Source: an uncultured Microthrixaceae bacterium (GTDB lineage: Bacteria > Actinomycetota > Acidimicrobiia > Acidimicrobiales > VFJN01). Taken from it: a stretch of 64,000 bases of DNA. Location of the stretch: positions 96,169 through 160,168 of the forward strand of contig CAVQWY010000003.1 of NCBI GenBank assembly GCA_963717755.1, given 5' to 3'. Under the pieces are notes generated by a model that worked only from the letters and a program-made list of their open reading frames with translations, searched no databases and had not been told where the DNA came from. The position numbers and the translations under genes are program-made. Every line of letters starts with the position of its first letter. Position 1 is the first letter of the stretch. Positions 58,174-64,000 of the stretch are shown here, one piece after another.

Positions 58174-59376
58174 CTACGTGAGGCCCAGGGTGGCGATGGC
58201 GACGATGAGGGTGAGGGCGCCGACGAGGTCGACGGTGCTGCTCACGACGGGGATGCCGTAGGTGTCCGGGTCGATGCCGAGCCGGACGGTGGCGATGGTC
58301 CCGTAGTAGGCGATGACGAGGACCACGAGCATCGCGGCGGCTCCACCGAGCAGGGACGCGGCCACGAGGTGGCCGAGGCCGGGGGATGCCTCGCCGAGGG
58401 CGCGAGCGACGAGGTGGGCGCCGGCGCCGTTGGCGGCGAACACGGGCAGGCTGAGGGCCGCCACCAGCCACAGGTCCTGGCGGGCGGCGCGCGCCGGCAC
58501 CGCGGTCGGCGGAGCCAGGCCCAACAGCAGCTTGCTGGACAGCCGTCCGGAGAGGATCCCGCCGAGGGCACCCGCGCTCGACAGGTGGGCGGGCACGAGG
58601 ATCAGCAGCGCGGGGTACGCGCTGAACGTGCCGAGGCGCCGTTCGAGAGCCACGCCCGCGAGGCTGCTGACCAGGCCCGCGACCACCAGGACCGGGATCG
58701 ACGACCGCACGATGCGCCGCAGCTGCGGCAGCGACGACCGGGCCCCGGCCACCAGCGTCGCGATGGCGACCGCGGCGAGCACCCAGCCGAGGGTGGACGT
58801 CACCAGGCCGATGCCGAGGAGCCCGGTCGCCAGGTACAGCGCCGGCAGGGTGAGGACGTCGCCGAGGGTCGACACGAGAGGGGCGGTCACGTTGTCGAGG
58901 TCCCAGCCGAAGCGCACGGCGCCGGACGCGAGGCCCAGGGTGGCGGCCAGCACCGGGAGGGACGCGAGCGCGCCCCCGCCGATGGAGACGAGGGCGAGGT
59001 CGGCCAACCCGATGGTGTGGCCGAGGCCGACCCCCACCGAGACGACCGCCGCCATCAGCACGAGCACGAAGGACATGCCGAGGGTGAGGGCACCCGCCGC
59101 GAGGACGTTCTGCCCGAGCGCGGTGGAGCGGCGGAGGCGCAGCTGCAGCTCACCCGCGTGGATGGCCGTCGACACCCGGTTCCCGAGGGAGCCGAACACG
59201 TTGCCCCGGAGCCCGATGGCGGCCGGCACCAGGACGAGCAGTCCCGGCCGACGCTCGAAGGTGTCGGTGAGGGAACCCAGCACCGCCCCCGCCACCAGGC
59301 TGGTCGACGAGTTCAGTGCGAGCGCGACAAGCCCCTGCCGGGCATCAGCCCCAGGCAGCAGGCGCCGGGCGGCCAT
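58174..59376 (-). CDS. MgtE/SLC41-like divalent-cation transporter, tandem TM modules, no cytosolic domain
   Basis: 400-aa ORF. The blocks GNVFGSLGNRVST and DPDTYGIPVVSSTVDLVG are duplicated in pattern. Confidence 0.65.
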   Translation of the reverse strand: MAARRLLPGADARQGLVALALNSSTSLVAGAVLGSLTDTFERRPGLLVLVPAAIGLRGNVFGSLGNRVSTAIHAGELQLRLRRSTALGQNVLAAGALTLGMSFVLVLMAAVVSVGVGLGHTIGLADLALVSIGGGALASLPVLAATLGLASGAVRFGWDLDNVTAPLVSTLGDVLTLPALYLATGLLGIGLVTSTLGWVLAAVAIATLVAGARSSLPQLRRIVRSSIPVLVVAGLVSSLAGVALERRLGTFSAYPALLILVPAHLSSAGALGGILSGRLSSKLLLGLAPPTAVPARAARQDLWLVAALSLPVFAANGAGAHLVARALGEASPGLGHLVAASLLGGAAAMLVVLVIAYYGTIATVRLGIDPDTYGIPVVSSTVDLVGALTLIVAIATLGLT

Positions 59377-59440
59377 GGAGGCCGTCCGCGAGAGATCGGA
59401 GTCGAGCTCGCCACGGCGGGCAGGTTACCTGGACATGGCA

Positions 59441-59462
59441 GAAGGGCCCAGCAGGGCCCTTC
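59441..59462. terminator. Hairpin downstream of the ferredoxin gene
   Basis: gaagggccc-agca-gggcccttc forms a 9-bp perfect stem. Confidence 0.45.
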
Positions 59463-59491
59463 GGATCACACGACGTCGGCCCGGTGGGCCG

Positions 59492-59728
59492 CTACTCCAC
59501 CTCGATGAAGATGCACTCCCCAGGGCACTCTTCGGCCGACTCGATGGTGGCCTCCTCCTGGCCGGCGGGCACGGGCGCGATGCCCTCGGCGCCGCCGGGA
59601 TCGGACAGCACCTTGTCGCCGTCCTTCACGTATGCGAGGCCGTCGTCGAGGAGGGTGAACACGGTGGGAGCGATCTCTTCGCAGAGACCGTCACCGGTGC
59701 AGAGATCCTGGTCGATCCAGACCTTCAT
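59492..59728 (-). CDS. Single-cluster ferredoxin
   Basis: 78-aa ORF with CTGDGLCEEIAP and ECPGECI. Confidence 0.8.
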   Translation of the reverse strand: MKVWIDQDLCTGDGLCEEIAPTVFTLLDDGLAYVKDGDKVLSDPGGAEGIAPVPAGQEEATIESAEECPGECIFIEVE

Positions 59729-59829
59729 GGTGGAAGTACCTCAGGGGGTTCGTCGGGGTGTGGCCAGCCTAACCCAAGCGCGAATAAACCAGGCAACCAC
59801 CGGGGAATCCGGGCGAACATGTCGGCTCC

Positions 59830-61671
59830 GTGAAGTCCGTCGCAGTCGCGTTGCGCCGCGCGGGGCCAGGTGTAGGGTCCCGCGCAGTTGTCCTTCGGAG
59901 GGAGGTGGTCCCCGTCAGCGAGTCCGACGACCAGTCCCAGGCCCTGGCCGAGCTGGCCGAGCTCCACGAGCACGCGCGGACCCTCGAAGAGGAGGTGCTG
60001 TCGCTCCGGCGACGGCTCCAGGACGCCCCGAAGCGGGTGCGCACGCTCGAGGAACGGCTGCTCGAGACGAAGGGCCAGCTCTCGCAGGCGGTGTCGCAGA
60101 ACGAGAAGCTCACCTACACGCTGCGGGAGGCGCGCGACCACATCGCCGCCCTGCGCGAAGAGGTCGACAAGCTCACCCAGCCCCCGTCGGCCTACGGCAC
60201 GCTGTTGGGCCACAACGACGACGGCACCGTCGACGTGTTCACCGGCGGGCGCAAGGTGCGCGTCGCAGTGCACCCGGAGATCGGCGAGGAGCCGCTGCAG
60301 CGGGGGAGCGAGGTCGTGCTCAACGAGTCGCTGAACGTCGTCCTCTCCCGCAGCGCCGACCTCACCGGCGAGGTCGTCACGTTCAAGGAGCGCCTCGACG
60401 GCAACCGCGTGCTGATCGTGGGTCGGGCTGACGAGGAGCGCGTGGTGGAGCTGCTGGACGAGCTCCACGACGTCAAGCTCCGCAACGGCGACACCGTCCT
60501 GCTCGATCCTCGCTCCGGCCTCGTCCTCGAGAAGCTGCCCCGGCCGGAGGTCGAGGACCTGGCGCTCGAAGAGGTCCCCGACATCGGATACGAGGACATC
60601 GGCGGCCTCGACGACCAGATCGAGATGATCGCCGACGCCGTCGAGCTGCCGTTCCTGCACCAGGACCTCTTCGCCGAGCACCAGCTGCCGGCGCCCAAGG
60701 GGATCCTCCTGTACGGCCCGCCCGGCTGTGGCAAGACGCTCATCGCCAAGGCGGTCGCCAACAGCCTCGCCAAGAAGGTGGCCGCCGCCACGGGCAACGA
60801 GACGGCCAAGTCCTACTTCTTCAACATCAAGGGCCCCGAGCTCCTCAACAAGTACGTCGGTGAGACCGAACGCCAGATCCGGCTCGTCTTCCAGCGCGCC
60901 CGGGAGAAGTCGGAGGAGGGCTGGCCGGTCATCGTGTTCTTCGACGAGATGGACTCGATGTTCCGCACCCGCGGCACCGGCATCAGCTCGGACATGGAGA
61001 GCACGATCGTGCCCCAGCTGCTCGTGGAGATCGACGGCGTCGAGGCGCTGAAGAACGTCATCATCATCGGCGCCTCCAACCGCGAGGACCTGATCGACCC
61101 GGCGATCCTGCGGCCGGGCCGCCTCGACGTGAAGATCAAGATCGAGCGGCCCACCGAGGAGGCGGCGGCGCAGATCTTCTCGCGCTACCTCACGCCCGAC
61201 CTGCCGCTCGACGTCGACACCGTTGCCGACCTCGGAGGCGGCGATCCGGCCAAGGCCGTGCAGTCGATGATCGAGACCACCGCCGCCGAGATGTACCGCA
61301 CCGACGAGGGCAACCAGTTCCTCGAGGTCACGTACCAGAACGGCGACAAGGAGGTCATGTACTTCAAGGACTTCGCGTCCGGAGCCATGATCGAGAACAT
61401 CGTGCGGCGCGCCAAGAAGCTGGCGATCAAGCGCCTGCTCGGCGGGGGCACCAAGGGCATCCAGGTGGCCGACCTCGTCGAGTCGATCCACCAGGAGTAC
61501 AAGGAGCACGAGGACCTGCCCAACACCACCAACCCGGACGACTGGGCGAAGATCTCGGGCAAGAAGGGCGAGCGCATCGTCTACGTCCGCACGATCGTGC
61601 AGCGAGACGACGACGACAGCCCCCAGGGCGGTCGCTCAATCGAGCGCGTCGCGACGGGCCAGTACCTCTAG
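59830..61671 (+). CDS. arc: Proteasome-associated AAA ATPase ARC/Mpa
   Basis: 613-aa ORF with an N-terminal coiled coil, [14 protein letters not shown] and the C-terminal GQYL. The true start may lie further downstream. Confidence 0.9.
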   Translation: MKSVAVALRRAGPGVGSRAVVLRREVVPVSESDDQSQALAELAELHEHARTLEEEVLSLRRRLQDAPKRVRTLEERLLETKGQLSQAVSQNEKLTYTLREARDHIAALREEVDKLTQPPSAYGTLLGHNDDGTVDVFTGGRKVRVAVHPEIGEEPLQRGSEVVLNESLNVVLSRSADLTGEVVTFKERLDGNRVLIVGRADEERVVELLDELHDVKLRNGDTVLLDPRSGLVLEKLPRPEVEDLALEEVPDIGYEDIGGLDDQIEMIADAVELPFLHQDLFAEHQLPAPKGILLYGPPGCGKTLIAKAVANSLAKKVAAATGNETAKSYFFNIKGPELLNKYVGETERQIRLVFQRAREKSEEGWPVIVFFDEMDSMFRTRGTGISSDMESTIVPQLLVEIDGVEALKNVIIIGASNREDLIDPAILRPGRLDVKIKIERPTEEAAAQIFSRYLTPDLPLDVDTVADLGGGDPAKAVQSMIETTAAEMYRTDEGNQFLEVTYQNGDKEVMYFKDFASGAMIENIVRRAKKLAIKRLLGGGTKGIQVADLVESIHQEYKEHEDLPNTTNPDDWAKISGKKGERIVYVRTIVQRDDDDSPQGGRSIERVATGQYL

Positions 61672-61711
61672 CCCGTTCGGAACGCCTGCGGCGCGCGGCA
61701 AGGATCTACTT

Positions 61712-62599
61712 GTGGACATCCCGGAGCCCGAACGGGCGGAGCTCGTCGACCTCGACCGCACCACCCTGCGCACGTGGGGCTGGGGCGACCGGGACGATCC
61801 GCTCGTGCTGTGCCTGCACGGCGCCTACGACCACGGGCGCATGTTCGATGGGCTGGCGCCTCGGGTCGCGGCGCTCGGCTACCACGTGGTGGCCGTCGAC
61901 TTCCGCGGGCACGGCGACAGCGGCCCGCTCGACACCGGCTTCGCGTGGGCCCTCTTCCACCTCGACCTCGCGCTCCTGATCCGTCACCTCGGCGGGGGAC
62001 CGGTGGGCTTCGTCGCCCACTCCTTCGGTGGCGGACAGGCCACGGGCGTCGCCGGCGCCTTCCCGGAGCTGGTCCGGTGGATCGTGAACATCGACGGCCT
62101 CGGTCCGCCCAAGGCGGCGCTGGTGCCGCCCGACCAGATCCCTGAGGCGGTCCGCCAATCCTTCACGCGGACCGATCGTGCGCTCCTCGGTGCGCGCCGA
62201 CCCTGGGCGTCGCTCGAGGAGATGGCCGTCTACCGGAACCGCAACAACCCTCGCCTGTCGCCGGAGTGGGCGCTGCACCTCGCTCGGCACGGCGCGCGCC
62301 AGGTCGAGGGCGGCTGGGTCTGGAAGGCCGACCCGATGTTCGGCATCGGCATCCCGAGCGAGTTCAACGTGGCGATGCTCGAGGCCGAGATGCGACACAC
62401 GCGCTGTCCCGTGCTCGTCCTCACCGGCGACGAGGAGGACACCTGGCGGGAGCTCACCGACGACGAGCTCGAGGCGCGCGTCGACTGGCTCGGTGCGCGC
62501 CACGAGGTGGTGGCGGGCACCGGCCACTACGTCCACGTCGAGGATCCCGACGCGACCATGCGCCACCTCGAGGCCTTCCTGGCCGAGGTCGAGCCGTGA
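61712..62599 (+). CDS. Alpha/beta hydrolase
   Basis: 295-aa ORF with LCLHGAYDHG and HSFGGG. Confidence 0.7.
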   Translation: MDIPEPERAELVDLDRTTLRTWGWGDRDDPLVLCLHGAYDHGRMFDGLAPRVAALGYHVVAVDFRGHGDSGPLDTGFAWALFHLDLALLIRHLGGGPVGFVAHSFGGGQATGVAGAFPELVRWIVNIDGLGPPKAALVPPDQIPEAVRQSFTRTDRALLGARRPWASLEEMAVYRNRNNPRLSPEWALHLARHGARQVEGGWVWKADPMFGIGIPSEFNVAMLEAEMRHTRCPVLVLTGDEEDTWRELTDDELEARVDWLGARHEVVAGTGHYVHVEDPDATMRHLEAFLAEVEP

Positions 62600-63222
62600 G
62601 CGCCGTCCTGCTCCACGACCTCGGCGCGGAAGAGGCCGGGGAGCCCTGGCGGGCAGTGGCCCCGGACGGGTGGCAGGTGCCCGATCTCCCCGGCCACGGC
62701 CGCACGCCCGCCCCGCGCCATGGCGCCTACGACCCGATGAGCCCGGTCACCCTGGCTCGTTGGGCGCTCGGTGGCGAGGGCTTGGTGGTGGGCATCGGCC
62801 AGAACGCCCACGGCGCACTGATCCTGGCCGCCGGAGGTGGGTGCGACGCGGTGGCCATCGTCGACGGCCTCTGGGGCCCGTGGCAGGAACCCGACCACGC
62901 CATCGACGAGATGTACGCCAACCTCCGGGCGATCCTCGCCGACGAGGCGGCCGTCAGCCCCGCCCCGCCGTCCGGGCTCGACCCGCGGACCAAGCACGGT
63001 TACGGCGTGAACGTCTCGCCGGCCTTCGCCCAGCGCTTCTGGGGCTCGGTGGCATGTCCCTTGCTGGCGATCGAGACACCTGCTTCCACGACGCCGGCGG
63101 GCGAGCGGGCCGAGCGGTTGGGCTGGTTCGGCGGCCCGACCTCATCGGTCGAGCTGGACGACGCATCGGCCCCGCGCGTCGTGTCGACGGTCGTCGAGTG
63201 GCACCAGGCCCTGCCTGCCTAG
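62596..63222 (+). CDS. Hydrolase-like hypothetical protein
   Basis: Its GTG overlaps the upstream TGA. 208-aa tail of ORF 62266..63222. No clear nucleophile motif was found. Confidence 0.4.
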   Translation: MSAVLLHDLGAEEAGEPWRAVAPDGWQVPDLPGHGRTPAPRHGAYDPMSPVTLARWALGGEGLVVGIGQNAHGALILAAGGGCDAVAIVDGLWGPWQEPDHAIDEMYANLRAILADEAAVSPAPPSGLDPRTKHGYGVNVSPAFAQRFWGSVACPLLAIETPASTTPAGERAERLGWFGGPTSSVELDDASAPRVVSTVVEWHQALPA

Positions 63223-63233
63223 GGTCGCGTCCC

Positions 63234-64000
63234 GTGGCGGCAAGACCCCGTGTCGATCTGCTGTCGGGTGCCTTCTTCGTCGACGGGGCGCGGGAGGCCT
63301 ATCAGTGGCTGCGCGACCACCAGCCCGTGTTCCACGACGAGCAGAACGATCTCTGGGGGATCGCGCGCTACGAAGGCGTGCTGGCCATCGGGCGAGACCC
63401 GGCCACGTTCTCGAGCTCCTTCGGCAGCCGGCCGGACACGGGGCCGCTGCCGTGGATGATCGACATGGACGGGAAGGCGCACTCGAAGCGCCGGATGCTC
63501 GTCAGCCGCGGGTTCACCCCCGGTCGCATCCGGGCCGCCGAACCGAGGCTGCGAGCCATCTGCGACGACCTCATCGATCGGGTGTGCGAGCGCGGTGCGT
63601 GCGACTTCGTGGGCGACCTCGCGGTGCCGCTCCCGCTGATCGTCATCGGCGACATGCTCGGCGTGGCCGTCGCAGATCGCGACGATCTGCTGCGCTGGAC
63701 GCACGGCATGCTGGCGTCGCTCGGCGGCGAGCCCGAGGGGTACGAAGCCGCCGCGGCTGCGTTCGGTGAGTACGTCGACTACGCGCACGGGATGATCGCC
63801 GACCGGCGGGCCGAGCCGACCGACGACCTGTTCAGCGTCCTGGTGCACGCCGAGGTCGACGGTGAGCACCTCAGCGATGACGACATCGTGTTCGAGTCGC
63901 TCCTCCTGCTCATCGGGGGCGACGAGACCACGCGCCAGGTCACCGCGGGCGGGATGGAGCAGCTGTTCCTGCACCCGGACCAGTGGCGAGCGCTGGTCGC
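63234..64000 (+). CDS. Cytochrome P450, 3' end lies outside the window
   Basis: Frame-0 open reading from GTG 63234 to the window end; it is absent from the ORF track because no stop is reached. Motifs: DLLSGAFFVDGAREAYQWLRDHQPVF and the I-helix-like LLLIGGDETT. Confidence 0.75.
   Translation, partial: MAARPRVDLLSGAFFVDGAREAYQWLRDHQPVFHDEQNDLWGIARYEGVLAIGRDPATFSSSFGSRPDTGPLPWMIDMDGKAHSKRRMLVSRGFTPGRIRAAEPRLRAICDDLIDRVCERGACDFVGDLAVPLPLIVIGDMLGVAVADRDDLLRWTHGMLASLGGEPEGYEAAAAAFGEYVDYAHGMIADRRAEPTDDLFSVLVHAEVDGEHLSDDDIVFESLLLLIGGDETTRQVTAGGMEQLFLHPDQWRALV

Noticed and set aside
59830-64000. A complete Pup-proteasome locus downstream of arc.
   Set aside because: Only arc is present. The next genes are two hydrolase-like proteins and a P450. 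No dop, pup, prcB or prcA lies within the window, so nothing can be claimed about the pathway.
1-64000. CRISPR arrays, rRNA or tRNA genes, and tandem repeats.
   Set aside because: No spaced direct repeats were seen. All intergenic gaps are 160 nt or shorter, and none showed a cloverleaf-like arrangement by eye. A tRNAscan or Infernal run would be the proper confirmation.

Overview
This is a 64-kb chromosomal segment from a very high-GC actinobacterium (roughly 70% GC or more by eye, not computed). Lineage markers are fbiC for F420, an ARC/Mpa ATPase ending in GQYL, a mycothiol-type DinB-fold enzyme, DUF3151, many 1-4 nt stop/start overlaps and very short divergent gaps. I support about 65 protein genes. 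I recognised no rRNA, tRNA, CRISPR array, transposase or integrase. Gene content, in order: envelope glycosyltransferases (0-4.2 kb); several acyl-CoA synthetase, crotonase and ACAD genes; a five-gene Dpp/Opp-type peptide ABC operon (9.8-15.6 kb); an rpiR-ggt / aldehyde dehydrogenase-aminotransferase divergon; patatin, DUF3151 and a PLP decarboxylase; mobA, rhodanese and rnd; a GH13 glucosidase; a McrB-like module; LOG; fbiC; tkt-tal-pgl; a GH84 homologue; a split ADP-forming acyl-CoA synthetase; a ThiS-like/ttuA/trmI operon; a MarP-like protease; an MgtE-like transporter; ferredoxin; arc; hydrolases; and a partial P450. Four oddities stand out. (1) Between about 9.4 and 25.4 kb almost every gene is interrupted by many single-base frame changes (about 70-80 by hand reconstruction), against 8-9 in the other 48 kb. 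(2) A three-gene operon encodes a Cys-rich protein, a McrB-type GTPase with no DNA-reader domain, and a McrC-like partner with no obvious nuclease lysine. (3) A conserved 55-nt two-tier palindrome occurs three times, each time at a convergent gene end. (4) The ThiS-like, ttuA and trmI genes are translationally coupled. All family calls come from motif recognition by eye and no database search was run.
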